Notes: generated from the letters alone by a model not told the origin. 64,000 nucleotides of DNA from Minisyncoccota bacterium (GCA_036405175.1 DASWYC010000002.1:603373-667372), one strand, 5' to 3'. Positions 26,840 to 37,581 are shown, counted from the stretch's first letter. Translations and numbers: made by a program.

Positions 26840-27268
26840 CTACAAACTTTCCGCATGCTTTTTAAAGTTTTCTAGAATTGCTGACCAGCCGGCGCGCTGA
26901 AGCTCTTCGGTGTTTTGATTTTCCATTGCAAAGGTTTGAATGATTTTTGTTCCGCCTTCAGCTTGGGTAAAGAGAATATCTACAGAACGTCCATCTCCAA
27001 TAACGTATGCAATGTGATGAAGAGGTTCTACCGCGGTGTATGTAGCTTCAAAGGTAAAGTCATGCTGACCATCTGGTGACCCATATCCAATCTTAAGTAT
27101 TCCACCTGTGCGTAGATCATTTTCTGCAAACGGGGTATTCCAGTCGTCGCTAGCATGCGACCATTGCATAATGTGTGCGGGTTGATTCCATGCATCCCAT
27201 ACGATTTCAATCGGTTTGTTGATCGTGGTTTCAATGGTAATATTTTTGAAATTTGATTGAGGTTCCAT
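26840..27268 (-). CDS. SRPBCC-superfamily protein, AHSA1 (activator of Hsp90 ATPase)-like
   Basis: IVWDAWNQPAHIMQW... and the overall ~140-aa pattern typical of AHSA1/START-like proteins. Confidence 0.6.
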   Translation of the reverse strand: MEPQSNFKNITIETTINKPIEIVWDAWNQPAHIMQWSHASDDWNTPFAENDLRTGGILKIGYGSPDGQHDFTFEATYTAVEPLHHIAYVIGDGRSVDILFTQAEGGTKIIQTFAMENQNTEELQRAGWSAILENFKKHAESL

Positions 27269-27342
27269 TTAGAAATTATACACACAATATGAGAAGTTTG
27301 TCAGTATTTTATTATTTATAATCTGCCGTACAATGGTGAAAT

Positions 27343-27957
27343 ATGGAACAAAACTTAGACAGCAAATTAGTAATGAAACCAAAGTTTGATATTGTATACA
27401 AAGGGAAAATGTTTGAAGTGGTACAGTGGGAAGGAAAGCCGGGGAAGATTTTTGAAGCCGCAGTGCGTTCGCCGGGAGTTCGTTTGTTGATTGAATGTGA
27501 AAAAGACGGAACACCTGCACTATTAATGACCAAGGAGATTCGTCGAGAAATGAGTGGTTTTGACTACCGTCTTCCTGGAGGGAAAGTTTTTGATACGTTA
27601 GATGAACTCAACGCCGTACGGGAATCTGGAGAAAGTATTTCAGAAAAAGCTCAAGCAGCGGGGAAGAAAGAGGGAAAGGAGGAGGCTGGAATTGAGGGCG
27701 GTACCTACAGAGAAGTTCTTATTTCAAAGGCAGGTGCTTCTGTGGAATGGGATCTTCATTATTTTACCGTTACGGGAGCTGAAATCGGGATTCAGGAGTC
27801 GGAAGAAGAGCGAGGAGAAATTGAATCTGTTATTAAGCTTACCGCTCAAGAAATTTTTGAAAAGTTAGTTGCTGGAGAAATTCAAGAAGGACGATCAGCG
27901 GATGTATTGTGGCGCTGGCTTGCTCAAAAAGGCTATATTCAATTCATGAAGAATTAG
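27343..27957 (+). CDS. NUDIX hydrolase
   Basis: Nudix-box-like GKKEGKEEAGIEGG (G.5E.7-REU.EE.GU pattern approximately), preceded by LPGGKV. Confidence 0.55.
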   Translation: MEQNLDSKLVMKPKFDIVYKGKMFEVVQWEGKPGKIFEAAVRSPGVRLLIECEKDGTPALLMTKEIRREMSGFDYRLPGGKVFDTLDELNAVRESGESISEKAQAAGKKEGKEEAGIEGGTYREVLISKAGASVEWDLHYFTVTGAEIGIQESEEERGEIESVIKLTAQEIFEKLVAGEIQEGRSADVLWRWLAQKGYIQFMKN

Positions 27958-27976
27958 CATGCTACACTAATTTTAT

Positions 27977-28498
27977 ATGAAAGTAATTATTTTTATTATT
28001 GGTGTTATTGTTGCGCTCTTGGTGGTGGCATATTTTCTTCCTCGCGAAACAACGATTCAAGAAGAAATCATGATCAATAAGCCAGAGGCGCAGGTGTGGA
28101 ATTATGTTAAATATATTAAGAACCAAGAAAATTACAGCGTTTGGGTAATGGCTGATCCAAACAGAAAACTTGAATATATTGGAACGGACGGAACCGTTGG
28201 ATTTATTGCAAAGTGGGATAGTGAAATGAAGAGCGTTGGAAAAGGGGAGCAAGAGATTAAAGATATTATTCCCAACAAACGTATGGATGTAGAGATTCGT
28301 TTTGAAAAGCCGTTCAAGGGAACCAGCCAGGCCTCAACCGAGGTGGCAACGGGTGCTGAAAAGCGTACCAAAGTGGTAACCACATTTAAAAGTACGGCCA
28401 AGTACCCTATGAATCTTATGAGTTTCTTTATGCAAAAGGCATTGAAGGGGCAAATGCAGGAAACGCTTACGAACCTTAAGAATGTTCTTGAAAAATAA
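27977..28498 (+). CDS. Membrane-anchored SRPBCC/polyketide-cyclase-like protein
   Basis: N-terminal TM helix, then a ~150-aa domain with the alternating beta pattern typical of SRPBCC proteins. Confidence 0.5.
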   Translation: MKVIIFIIGVIVALLVVAYFLPRETTIQEEIMINKPEAQVWNYVKYIKNQENYSVWVMADPNRKLEYIGTDGTVGFIAKWDSEMKSVGKGEQEIKDIIPNKRMDVEIRFEKPFKGTSQASTEVATGAEKRTKVVTTFKSTAKYPMNLMSFFMQKALKGQMQETLTNLKNVLEK

Positions 28499-28667
28499 GC
28501 TTAAGAAAAAGAGAAAAGAGGCAAAAAGCTTCTTTTCTTGTAAAATTCTGATAATCATGTAGCATGGGTTTAGTTTTATTTTTTCATTTTCACCAAAACT
28601 CGCTAAGTACGGAGGGCGAGGATAAGCGGAATATGAGAGGTAAACAATTCATCAAACAATTGTATTG

Positions 28668-28697
28668 TAAAATAGCCCAGAATCTGGGCTATTTTCA
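28668..28697. terminator. Bidirectional terminator
   Basis: aaaatagcccag-aat-ctgggctatttt. The minus-strand ABC gene ends at 28698. Confidence 0.7.
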
Positions 28698-30458
28698 TTA
28701 ACTAGTCTTATGTCCGTGCAAGAGCATCGAAACAGCATGATCAAATGAACCTGCACTGGTTATGTGTGTATTATTCACAAAGAAGATCTCATCGGCACTT
28801 TCAATCGTATTAAGGCGATGGGCGATAATAACACGTGTGGTTGAAGCAGGAAGATTCTTGAGAATATCTTCAAGAAGCTGTTCGGTAATGGTATCAATAT
28901 TTGCCGTTGCTTCATCAAGAATAAGAATATCTGGCTTGCGGAGAATCGCGCGCATAAAAGCAATCAACTGCTTTTGTCCAAGGCTCATAGCATCTCCGGT
29001 TAAGCTCACAGCCGTATCAAGTCCTTCTTGGAATCGCTCCAATAACTGCTCAAGTCCGGCATCGTGAATAACGTGCGCGAGCTCGTCAGAGGTATGGTTT
29101 TGATACTCCTCATTTCCATATACAATATTTTCTCTGATAGTTCCTGAAAAAAGGAAAGGCTCTTGTAGGATGAATCCAATATGGCGAGCGCGCTCATCTG
29201 CTGAATACGTGCGAATATCATGACCGTTTAAGAAAACTGTTCCATTGCTTGGATCAAATAAGCGTGCCATTAGTGAAGCCGTAGTTGTTTTTCCTCCTCC
29301 GGTTGGTCCTACCAATGCATAGGTTTTTCCAGCTTCAAGGGTGAGGTTTGCATCTTTCAAAACTTCTTTGCCGCTTGAATAGGTAAAGCTTACCTTTTTA
29401 AATTCAAGACGTGCTTTTGATTGTACTGCATCTGACTTAGGAAGTGTGGCCATATCTGACTCCAAAGCAAGAATATCTGAAATTCTATCCCAGCCTGCCA
29501 TTGCTACCTGGAAGTTTGCCCAGAGTGCTGCAAGTTGGCGAAGAGGGTTATAGAAGTTGGTGGCGTACGAGAGAAAACTAATCAACAAACCAACAGTAAA
29601 CTCTCCTTGAATAATCATAAGAATCCCAAATACAAGTACGCCAAGGTGTGCGATATTTGAGGCAAATCCGTACACCGGCGTAAACAAATTGTTGGCATTT
29701 CCAGCTTTTACTGCAGTGTCATAGTTTTTGTGATTAACCTCATCAAAGCGATCTCTAAAATAATCACGACGATTAAACGCAACCACTACCTTAAAGTTTT
29801 CAAGACTTTCTTGAATCTCGGCACTGAGTGTTCCGGTGCTTGCTGAATTTGCGGCATTGCGCTTTTTAACCCATGGGCTCACTATCTGGTTAAAGAGAAG
29901 AATAAACAGCGCTGGAACTAAAGTGATTAATCCAAGTCGTACGTTAATTGAAAGCAAGAAGATTCCGGCACCAATCATAATAAAGATGCTTCCAAGAAAT
30001 TGCATGAGCGATTGAGAAAAGAATTGATTTACTTTATCGGTATCGTTGTTAAGACGAGAGATAAGATCTCCAGCCTTATTCTGATTAAAGAATGCAATTG
30101 GCAACGACTGAAGTTTATTGAAGAGGGAATTGCGGAGTGCAAAAAGACTGCGCTGTCCAACACCTCCCATCATGCTGGTTTGCAGGTAACTGGCAACAAG
30201 CGCTAATAGATAAAGTCCCAGTAAAAGCCCTGACGAGATGAGTACGCCGTGAAAGTCTTTTGTGGCAATATATTTATCGATCGTTCGCCCAATAACAAGT
30301 GGTGTTGCAAGGTTGAGTACAGAGTTAGCAATGAGTGCAATAAATGCCCATATAAGCACGGTCTTTTCTGGTGCCACTAATGGTCCAAGTTTTTTAACCT
30401 TAGTCCACGTAGAAAGCTCTTTTTTGTTTGAAGTGTGATCATTAAGCGTGTAGTTCAT
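28698..30458 (-). CDS. ABC exporter, fused permease-ATPase (MsbA/MdlB-like), subunit 2
   Basis: Six TM helices, then NBD with Walker A GPTGGGKTT, signature LSLGQKQ and Walker B ILILDEAT. Start moved to the ATG at 30458 (MNYTLNDH...). The track ORF begins at 30542, deep inside the upstream gene. Confidence 0.8.
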   Translation of the reverse strand: MNYTLNDHTSNKKELSTWTKVKKLGPLVAPEKTVLIWAFIALIANSVLNLATPLVIGRTIDKYIATKDFHGVLISSGLLLGLYLLALVASYLQTSMMGGVGQRSLFALRNSLFNKLQSLPIAFFNQNKAGDLISRLNNDTDKVNQFFSQSLMQFLGSIFIMIGAGIFLLSINVRLGLITLVPALFILLFNQIVSPWVKKRNAANSASTGTLSAEIQESLENFKVVVAFNRRDYFRDRFDEVNHKNYDTAVKAGNANNLFTPVYGFASNIAHLGVLVFGILMIIQGEFTVGLLISFLSYATNFYNPLRQLAALWANFQVAMAGWDRISDILALESDMATLPKSDAVQSKARLEFKKVSFTYSSGKEVLKDANLTLEAGKTYALVGPTGGGKTTTASLMARLFDPSNGTVFLNGHDIRTYSADERARHIGFILQEPFLFSGTIRENIVYGNEEYQNHTSDELAHVIHDAGLEQLLERFQEGLDTAVSLTGDAMSLGQKQLIAFMRAILRKPDILILDEATANIDTITEQLLEDILKNLPASTTRVIIAHRLNTIESADEIFFVNNTHITSAGSFDHAVSMLLHGHKTS

Positions 30459-32202
30459 AAGCGTGAGTGCTTTGTTGTGAGTTATAAATCTGAACGTATT
30501 CTGGAGAATGTTCCATAAGATATGCATGGTTTCCGGTAGCAAGAAGTTCTCCTTCCATCAAAAGCATGATCGTATCATAGTGTTCAATTGATGCAATTTT
30601 TTGAGTTACAGAAATGAGGGTAATATGCGGGTAATTGTGCGCGATGTTTTCAAGGATGCGCTGTTCGGTCTGAATATCTACGCGGGCGGTAAAGTCATCA
30701 AGTAACAGAATGCTAGGATTCATGGCAAGTGCACGAGCCAGCATAATACGTTGCTTTTGTCCGCCAGAAAGAGTGGTTCCTCGTTCAGATACTATTGTGT
30801 TAATTCCATCAGGAAGTGTGTTGAGGAAGTCATTGAGCTCTGCTGTTTTAATTGCTTTCTGAAGTGCCTCATCGGTTACATCTTCGGTGAAGGCAATGTT
30901 TTCCTTAACTGACATATTGAATATAATACTGTCCTGGAATACAAATCCAATCTGACCATGGAGTGCCTCTGGTTGGTAGGCGCTGATCGGCTCATCATCA
31001 AGTGTAATGGTTCCACTGCTTGGATGAATGAGGCCCGTTAATAAATAGAGGAGTTGGGTTTTTCCGGCAGCAGTTGGTCCAATGATCGCAGTCTTGGTGT
31101 GAGTTGGAATAGCAAATGAAACATCTTTGAGCGCTTGCTTGTCTCCATATGAAACCGTCACATTATTAAATGCAATAGTTTTGGTAATAGGCTTGGTGAT
31201 TCCTTCAAGAACTTCTGGGGTTTTTCTATAGAGCACATCTTTAATGCGATCAAATGAAGCGGTTGCCTGAGCAATAAAAGTACTCATAAAACCAATCATG
31301 ATAATCGGGTAGAATAGTACGGCAATGTAGGTATAGAATGCACTAAAGTCTCCAAGGCTCATTGAACTATTGATAACAAACTTTCCTCCAAGCAATAAAA
31401 CACCCAAGGTTCCTAACCCGGAAATAAAGGTAATGATTGGAATAAGAGTTGCAAACATTCCAAGGATTTTCATGCCCGTGTCGCGAGCTTCTATGTTGAT
31501 GGCACCAAACTTTGCATGCTCGCGGTTTTGTCCGTTAACAATACGAATCAATGCTGCACCAAGAATACTTTCATTAATAGTTTTGTTAAGTCCGTCAATA
31601 ACTTCACGTGATTTCAAAAAGAGCACTTTTACCTTTGAAAAAATAATACCAAAGGTTATTCCAATAAGAGGAATGATGGTAAGCACCACAAGTGCTAATT
31701 TCCAATTGATAGTTAGGAGGAGAATAGCGGTACCAACAATCATTACGAGTGAGGAAATAATTGAGACGATCGCCTGAGAAACAAACATCTTGATTGAATC
31801 AATGTCGGCAGTAAGATTGGTGAGCAGGGTTGATGGCTGAGCTTTTTGAATAAATGAATACTGCTCGCGAGAAATATTTCCAATCATTTGAGTTCTTAAA
31901 TCCTTGGCAACTCTTTCTGAAGCATATGTTTGGACAACGCTCTGCAGGTAGGTAAAGAGAAAGATCACGAATGAAATAATTCCAAGTTCGACAACAATAT
32001 GTTGTAGGACAAATGATCCAGTCGTGTAGGCATCAATACTTTTTGCAATAACTTTTGGAATCAGTAAGTTGAGCAAGTTAGCAATAAAAGCCAGTCCAAT
32101 GAGCAATGCGATCATGCCACGGTATGGCTTGAGCATGCTAAAGAGGGTGGGGCCCTGTGGCTTAGCAGGTTTTGTTTTAGGCTGCGACGTTTCAGTATTC
32201 AT
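30442..32202 (-). CDS. ABC exporter, fused permease-ATPase, subunit 1
   Basis: Six TM helices, then NBD with GPTAAGKTQ, LSGGQKQR and LLLDDFT. Overlaps the downstream partner by 17 nt. Confidence 0.8.
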   Translation of the reverse strand: MNTETSQPKTKPAKPQGPTLFSMLKPYRGMIALLIGLAFIANLLNLLIPKVIAKSIDAYTTGSFVLQHIVVELGIISFVIFLFTYLQSVVQTYASERVAKDLRTQMIGNISREQYSFIQKAQPSTLLTNLTADIDSIKMFVSQAIVSIISSLVMIVGTAILLLTINWKLALVVLTIIPLIGITFGIIFSKVKVLFLKSREVIDGLNKTINESILGAALIRIVNGQNREHAKFGAINIEARDTGMKILGMFATLIPIITFISGLGTLGVLLLGGKFVINSSMSLGDFSAFYTYIAVLFYPIIMIGFMSTFIAQATASFDRIKDVLYRKTPEVLEGITKPITKTIAFNNVTVSYGDKQALKDVSFAIPTHTKTAIIGPTAAGKTQLLYLLTGLIHPSSGTITLDDEPISAYQPEALHGQIGFVFQDSIIFNMSVKENIAFTEDVTDEALQKAIKTAELNDFLNTLPDGINTIVSERGTTLSGGQKQRIMLARALAMNPSILLLDDFTARVDIQTEQRILENIAHNYPHITLISVTQKIASIEHYDTIMLLMEGELLATGNHAYLMEHSPEYVQIYNSQQSTHAYELHA

Positions 32203-32284
32203 ATATATGTATAGGCTACTGTATCATGATTCATGCTTATTGAATATAGTAGAAATGTGAGTTAGTGGGGTATATACTGGCAGT

Positions 32285-32644
32285 ATGGACGAAGACGATA
32301 ATCCAAACGTAGCAAGTAATAATCAGCAGGAAATTCCAGAACCCACTGAGGAAGAAAAACAACCGGAGTTGGTGGTAAATCCATTTATTTTTGATGGGCC
32401 ACTTGGGTTGTTGACTATTTTTGATACACGGGCAGGGGCACGGATTCCTGAAGGATTTACCGAATCAATTGCAGTGTTTGATATGCAGCATCCGGAGCAA
32501 ATATTGCGAATCCAAAATCTTATGCGAACACTTATTATGCCGCCGTCATCACCGATTGAATATGTTATTGCAGTGAACGGAACCAACTTAGCCGAAATTT
32601 ATCATCGGGCACCCGTGAATCCGCAGCCGCCAGCAACTGTGTAA
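32285..32644 (+). CDS. Hypothetical protein (119 aa)
   Basis: ORF divergent from the ABC operon. Acidic N-terminus. No recognisable domain. Confidence 0.4.
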   Translation: MDEDDNPNVASNNQQEIPEPTEEEKQPELVVNPFIFDGPLGLLTIFDTRAGARIPEGFTESIAVFDMQHPEQILRIQNLMRTLIMPPSSPIEYVIAVNGTNLAEIYHRAPVNPQPPATV

Positions 32645-32860
32645 TTCTCACCAGGTGTTATTTGCGGTTATGTAAAACTTTGCTATAGTGAATCTAGTTC
32701 CGATGATTCGGCTGACACCGATGAGGAGAAGAAAGAACATTTGCATGATATGTGCAAGCTAGTAGAATCTTCCGCTCCTACAGCGCATGTAGTAAAAGAA
32801 CAAACAAGGGTGGTACCGCGTTTCTGACGCCCCTTGATTATCAATAATTCTTTTGCTGAT

Positions 32861-34279
32861 ATGAAAAATATTTTTATACAAGATTTGCAGCAACACCTTG
32901 ATTCAGAAGCGTCGGTTAAAGCATGGGTAGAAACCGTACGCGATCAAGGAAAAGCTGGATTTATTCAACTCCGTGATCGCACCGGAGGGATTCAGTGTGG
33001 AACATTTGGCGCTGGACCATTACTTGATACGGTTAAGACATTACGTAGTGGAGATGTGGTTGAGGTGATCGGGCTCGTTAAAAAGCGCCCAGAACGTTCA
33101 GTTGCACAAGGTGTACTCAATGGTGATATTGAAATTGAAATCTCAGGACTCAGTGTGATTACTAAATCAGAAGTGCTTCCATTTGATATTGAATCAGACA
33201 CCCGTGTGGTTGATGAAGATGTTCGCCTTGAAAAGCGCTACATTGATCTTCGTTCGGCACGCATGCAGAAAAATCTTGAAATGCGTCATAAGATGCAGCT
33301 TGAGATTCGCAACTATTTGAATGATCAGCGGTTTTTTGAAATCGAAACACCGCTCCTTACTAAGTCAACTCCAGAGGGGGCTCGTGACTACATTGTTCCG
33401 TCACGTCTTTCACCGCATAATTTTTATGCACTTCCACAATCGCCTCAACAATACAAGCAATTGTTGATGGTGTCAGGAATGGAGAGATACTTCCAGTTTG
33501 CACGCTGTATGCGTGATGAGGATTTGCGTGGAGATCGTCAACCAGAATTTACGCAGCTCGATATGGAAATGAGCTTTGTTGAGCGTGAAGACGTTATGGA
33601 GCTCAATGAAAAGTTGTTGATCCACTTGGTTCAGAAGTTTTATCCAGAAAAGAAGATTCAGCAAGTTCCATTTCCACGTATTCCATATGCAGAAGCAATG
33701 GAGAAATACGGAAATGATCGTCCGGATATTCGCGAAGACAAGGAAGATCCAAATTTGCTCGCATTCTGCTGGGTGGTAGATTTTCCTCAGTTTGAACGAA
33801 CCGATACGTCTGATGATCCGTTAGCACAAGGGGAGTGGACCTTTACGCATAATCCATTCTCATACTCAATTCCAGAACATCGTGAGCTCTTATTGCAGAA
33901 AAAAGATATTGGCTCAATTATTGCTGCACAATATGATGTGGTTTTGAACGGATATGAAATTGGGGGAGGGTCAATCCGAAATCATGACAAAGATACCCTT
34001 GTATCGGTATTTGAAATTCTTGGTCACTCACGAGAAAAGATTGAAGAAAACTTTGGACACATGCTTGAAGCATTTACCTACGGTGTTCCACCGCATGGAG
34101 GAATTGCGTGGGGGTTTGATCGTTTAATGATGATTTTGCAAAATGAACCAAACATTCGCGAGGTAATTGCATTCCCAAAGACCCGTGGAGGAAATGACCC
34201 TATGATGGGATCACCATCGTTGATTGCCGATGAACGACTCAAAGAAGTTCACATCCAACTAAGAGAATTAAAGAAATAA
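32861..34279 (+). CDS. aspS: Aspartyl-tRNA synthetase (short form)
   Basis: Class II motifs FRDEDLRGDRQPEFTQLDMEMSF, and GGGSIRNHD near the C-terminus. Start taken at MKNIFIQDL (32861) rather than the track start at 32834. Confidence 0.85.
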   Translation: MKNIFIQDLQQHLDSEASVKAWVETVRDQGKAGFIQLRDRTGGIQCGTFGAGPLLDTVKTLRSGDVVEVIGLVKKRPERSVAQGVLNGDIEIEISGLSVITKSEVLPFDIESDTRVVDEDVRLEKRYIDLRSARMQKNLEMRHKMQLEIRNYLNDQRFFEIETPLLTKSTPEGARDYIVPSRLSPHNFYALPQSPQQYKQLLMVSGMERYFQFARCMRDEDLRGDRQPEFTQLDMEMSFVEREDVMELNEKLLIHLVQKFYPEKKIQQVPFPRIPYAEAMEKYGNDRPDIREDKEDPNLLAFCWVVDFPQFERTDTSDDPLAQGEWTFTHNPFSYSIPEHRELLLQKKDIGSIIAAQYDVVLNGYEIGGGSIRNHDKDTLVSVFEILGHSREKIEENFGHMLEAFTYGVPPHGGIAWGFDRLMMILQNEPNIREVIAFPKTRGGNDPMMGSPSLIADERLKEVHIQLRELKK

Positions 34280-34280
34280 T

Positions 34281-34306
34281 AACAACCAGCTTCGGCTGGT
34301 TTTTAT
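34281..34306 (+). terminator. Rho-independent terminator
   Basis: aaccagc-ttcg-gctggtt followed by tttatt. Confidence 0.8.
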
Positions 34307-34334
34307 TATGAACTAAATGTGATATAACGTACCC

Positions 34335-34796
34335 ATGACATTGATTGCGCTCGATATTGGAAAATATAAAACAGGATTTGCGGTAACCGACGAGTCGGAG
34401 ACTATGGCGTTTCCAAAAAATATTGTAGATACCCCCAAGTTGGGTGAGGCACTCAAAAAAATAATTATAGAATATATGCCACGGATGATTGTGCTCGGGC
34501 ATTCAGTATTTGAAGGGGAAGACAATGAGATTATGATGTTGGTATATGAAACGCGGGATTTTATTCGTGAAAATTATCGTGAAATTCCAACAACTCTACA
34601 GGATGAATCATTTACCTCAATGGAATCGCGCAAACTCTTTACCTATGTAGAAGGCATGAAACGTGGCACGGTGGCAACCAAAGGAAAGTCATTTAATGAG
34701 CATATAGATAATACTGCTGCCATGCTCATTCTTGAACGGTATTTAGCTAAAAACAAAAAACCTCAAATTCCTCGCGAAGAGAATGATGAGTCGTGA
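34335..34796 (+). CDS. ruvX: Holliday junction resolvase-like RNase H fold protein YqgF/RuvX
   Basis: LIALDIGKYKTGFAVTD N-terminus, typical of YqgF. Confidence 0.7.
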   Translation: MTLIALDIGKYKTGFAVTDESETMAFPKNIVDTPKLGEALKKIIIEYMPRMIVLGHSVFEGEDNEIMMLVYETRDFIRENYREIPTTLQDESFTSMESRKLFTYVEGMKRGTVATKGKSFNEHIDNTAAMLILERYLAKNKKPQIPREENDES

Positions 34797-36567
34797 TACA
34801 CTAACCATAATGGAACAAAATGAATTACCTAGGAAAAGAATTAGTATATTAAAAATAATTTTAATAGTCTTTGTGGTGGGAATGATCGGTTGGCTTATCT
34901 ATCGACTTCCATTTCATCCAAGGATTGGAATGACAGATTCGGTAACAATGAGCATACGAGATGCACGCTTTTGCAAGAAGGTTGAGCAGTATACCCCTAA
35001 AATAGAGGATTTTAAAACATATTCTGGAACAGTGGAAGAATTTAAACTTCCTAAAAATAAGAAAGGCTATTATGAATTTTATGGGTTTATTAATTTTGAT
35101 TCACAGGGATTTACCGCAAATTACTCAGAGGCAGGTAAATGTAATATGGGATTCACGTTTGAACAATCTAAGACAATAAATGCGTACTATAATTTTGCAA
35201 AAAGTGAATTCATGTTCCTGGATGAACTACCTTTTTATATGGATGATAACTACATCTACGGAACAAACTCTCAAGGAATTACGATGCGCAATCGTAAGAA
35301 TCTCGCAAATGTATATCAGATAGAGAGCAAGGAATGGTCTTCGTCGCAAAGTGCCAGTCCATATGAGAGTATGATGAATACCTATTCTGCAACCTTAACT
35401 GCCAATACGGATGTTCTAAAATTGCAAAATAATGTGGAAGATAATAAAAACGCATATCTTTCAATTTCTCAAAAGTCTTTATTGACAGATGGTTATGGCA
35501 AGATTAGCAATACAAAGGATCTGGGTTTTGGTTATTTCTACAAACCAAGTGAAAAAAGTTATTGGAAAGTTGACTGGGAAAGTAACAAAGTTGAGGAGCT
35601 TGGTAAAATACCATCCGATTACGATGTTAATAGTTCATTCATTCTTGAACATGACAATAAGTTTATCTTTAATGCCGTTAAGTACTTTGACTGGGAAAGA
35701 GATGATGGAACACCGGTGTCATCTTCTGTCGCATTATTTTATTTTTATGATCCTGTTCTTAATAAAGTGTCACAGTTTAATCCAAACAATAAGGGTGAAT
35801 TCTATAGAGTTTTTGGATATGCGCCGTACTTGCCTGAGGACGATCATAAGATCGTTGGGCTTCACAAAGAAAAAAATGGTGATTATAGAATAGACTCTAT
35901 TGTCTACAAAGACGGTAAGATTGTTAATAAAAAAATAGCCTCAGTTTCAAAAGAGATATTTGATAAAGTGTTTATCGGTTGCTCAGATTACGACATCCCA
36001 AAGTCCGCATGTTATGACGAAATAGATACAACGTTGAAATATGTAACAAAAGATTTATTAGCCATTCGTAATATTGAGAAAACAGAAACCACGTATAAGG
36101 CAACCATAACGGTTTTGGATTTTAGTAATAGTAAAATATACACTAAGGTAAAGCAGTACGATATTCCGATTGAAAATGTATATAATACTGATTTGGATAT
36201 AATTATAGGCGAAAGGGCATTTAACTTGCGTGAAGAGATTCTGTATCCAGATCTTGCTTTTAAGGAAAATACTGAGGAAGAAAGTGAAGTTGTTGATGAG
36301 CCAAAAACTTTTATCGAAAAGTTAAAAAGCAAATTATTCCAGCTGATGCCAGGTTTAGCTATATACTATGAGTATGTTTACAACAGGACAGAAGAAGTTG
36401 GAGATTATGAAATTATCGTCAAGGGTGGACATAAAACAAACACTCGCATCCTTGAAAAGCCGGAAGTTAAGCAAAATCCTATTGATACTGCAACAGAAGA
36501 ACAATATCGAGAAATCCTTAACAAAAACTTTGAAGTAAAAGACTTTAAAGGCACAGTAAAACCCTAA
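34783..36567 (+). CDS. Hypothetical membrane-anchored extracytoplasmic protein (594 aa)
   Basis: Single N-terminal TM helix (ILKIILIVFVVGMIGWLIY). Large Y/N/K-rich domain. No known motifs. Confidence 0.55.
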   Translation: MMSRDTLTIMEQNELPRKRISILKIILIVFVVGMIGWLIYRLPFHPRIGMTDSVTMSIRDARFCKKVEQYTPKIEDFKTYSGTVEEFKLPKNKKGYYEFYGFINFDSQGFTANYSEAGKCNMGFTFEQSKTINAYYNFAKSEFMFLDELPFYMDDNYIYGTNSQGITMRNRKNLANVYQIESKEWSSSQSASPYESMMNTYSATLTANTDVLKLQNNVEDNKNAYLSISQKSLLTDGYGKISNTKDLGFGYFYKPSEKSYWKVDWESNKVEELGKIPSDYDVNSSFILEHDNKFIFNAVKYFDWERDDGTPVSSSVALFYFYDPVLNKVSQFNPNNKGEFYRVFGYAPYLPEDDHKIVGLHKEKNGDYRIDSIVYKDGKIVNKKIASVSKEIFDKVFIGCSDYDIPKSACYDEIDTTLKYVTKDLLAIRNIEKTETTYKATITVLDFSNSKIYTKVKQYDIPIENVYNTDLDIIIGERAFNLREEILYPDLAFKENTEEESEVVDEPKTFIEKLKSKLFQLMPGLAIYYEYVYNRTEEVGDYEIIVKGGHKTNTRILEKPEVKQNPIDTATEEQYREILNKNFEVKDFKGTVKP

Positions 36568-36603
36568 CCTTTCTTATTAAAAGAAAATCTGTACAATAGA
36601 ATC

Positions 36604-36942
36604 ATGGAAACCATAAATTATGATGTCTGGAAAAAAGTAGATATTCGTGTGGGAAAAGTTTTGGCAGCAGAAATTGTTGAGAAATCAGACAAGCTCTACA
36701 AGTGCACCATTTCATTTGGAGAACTTGGTGAACGAACGATTGTTTCTGGGATTCGCCCCTATATTTCTGCGGAAGAATTTGTTGGGAAAAAAGTTTTATA
36801 TATTGTTAATTTGGAGCCACGCATGATTATGGGAATTGAATCTCAGGGAATGCTCGTGGCAGTTGGTGGGGGAGATGAGGGAGAGTTTTCACTCCTGGTT
36901 CCAGAAAATAGTAATGTGATTGAGGGTGTTCGTGCTCACTAA
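36604..36942 (+). CDS. tRNA-binding domain protein (CsaA/Trbp111-like)
   Basis: WKKVDIRVGKVLAAEIVEKSDKLYKCTISFGELGERTIVSGI... OB-fold tRNA-binding pattern. Confidence 0.7.
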   Translation: METINYDVWKKVDIRVGKVLAAEIVEKSDKLYKCTISFGELGERTIVSGIRPYISAEEFVGKKVLYIVNLEPRMIMGIESQGMLVAVGGGDEGEFSLLVPENSNVIEGVRAH

Positions 36943-36943
36943 T

Positions 36944-37528
36944 ATGAATATTAAGGCGCACATCGGCCGATGGATAAACTATGTTGCAGAATCTCGCTAT
37001 GCACTTTGGCTAATAGGGGGTATTTCATTCATTGAATCAATTTTCTTTCCCATACCACCAGATGTATTTATTGTTCCGCTGGTGGCACAAAAAAAATATA
37101 CCTGGATTCAGGTAGGGGCTGTTGCAGCAGTTGGTGCAACATTGGGTGCGTTACTTGCCTACGGTATTGGATATTTCTTTTACGATCAATTTGCCGGCGT
37201 GCTTCATTTAAGTGATTCGTCAGGATTGTTGGGGCAGATATCCGGAATTTACGATAAGTATGGATTCTTTGCCGTAGTGCTTGCTGCATTTACACCAGTA
37301 CCAGATAAACTATTTACCTTTGGATCAGGATTTTTAAAGTTTGCATTATTGCCATATTTAATTGCGTACACGATTGGAAAAGGTGCACGGATGTTTCTCT
37401 TTGCGTACATTGGTGAAATGTATGGCCAGGCGGTTGCAGAAAAGTCACTCAAAAAAATAACATTTATTACCATTGGTGTTGGAGTGATTATTGCCATTCT
37501 GATTTTCTTGGGAACACTCTTAAGTTAG
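36944..37528 (+). CDS. DedA/YqaA (VTT-domain) family membrane protein
   Basis: Multiple TM helices with G.Y...F...F..G (GIGYFFYDQFAG). Start taken at ATG 36944, 1 nt after the previous stop. Confidence 0.6.
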   Translation: MNIKAHIGRWINYVAESRYALWLIGGISFIESIFFPIPPDVFIVPLVAQKKYTWIQVGAVAAVGATLGALLAYGIGYFFYDQFAGVLHLSDSSGLLGQISGIYDKYGFFAVVLAAFTPVPDKLFTFGSGFLKFALLPYLIAYTIGKGARMFLFAYIGEMYGQAVAEKSLKKITFITIGVGVIIAILIFLGTLLS

Positions 37529-37581
37529 CGTATACTTAAAGAGTCGTTCAGTGTTTATTTATTGATAATACATTAACGCAT

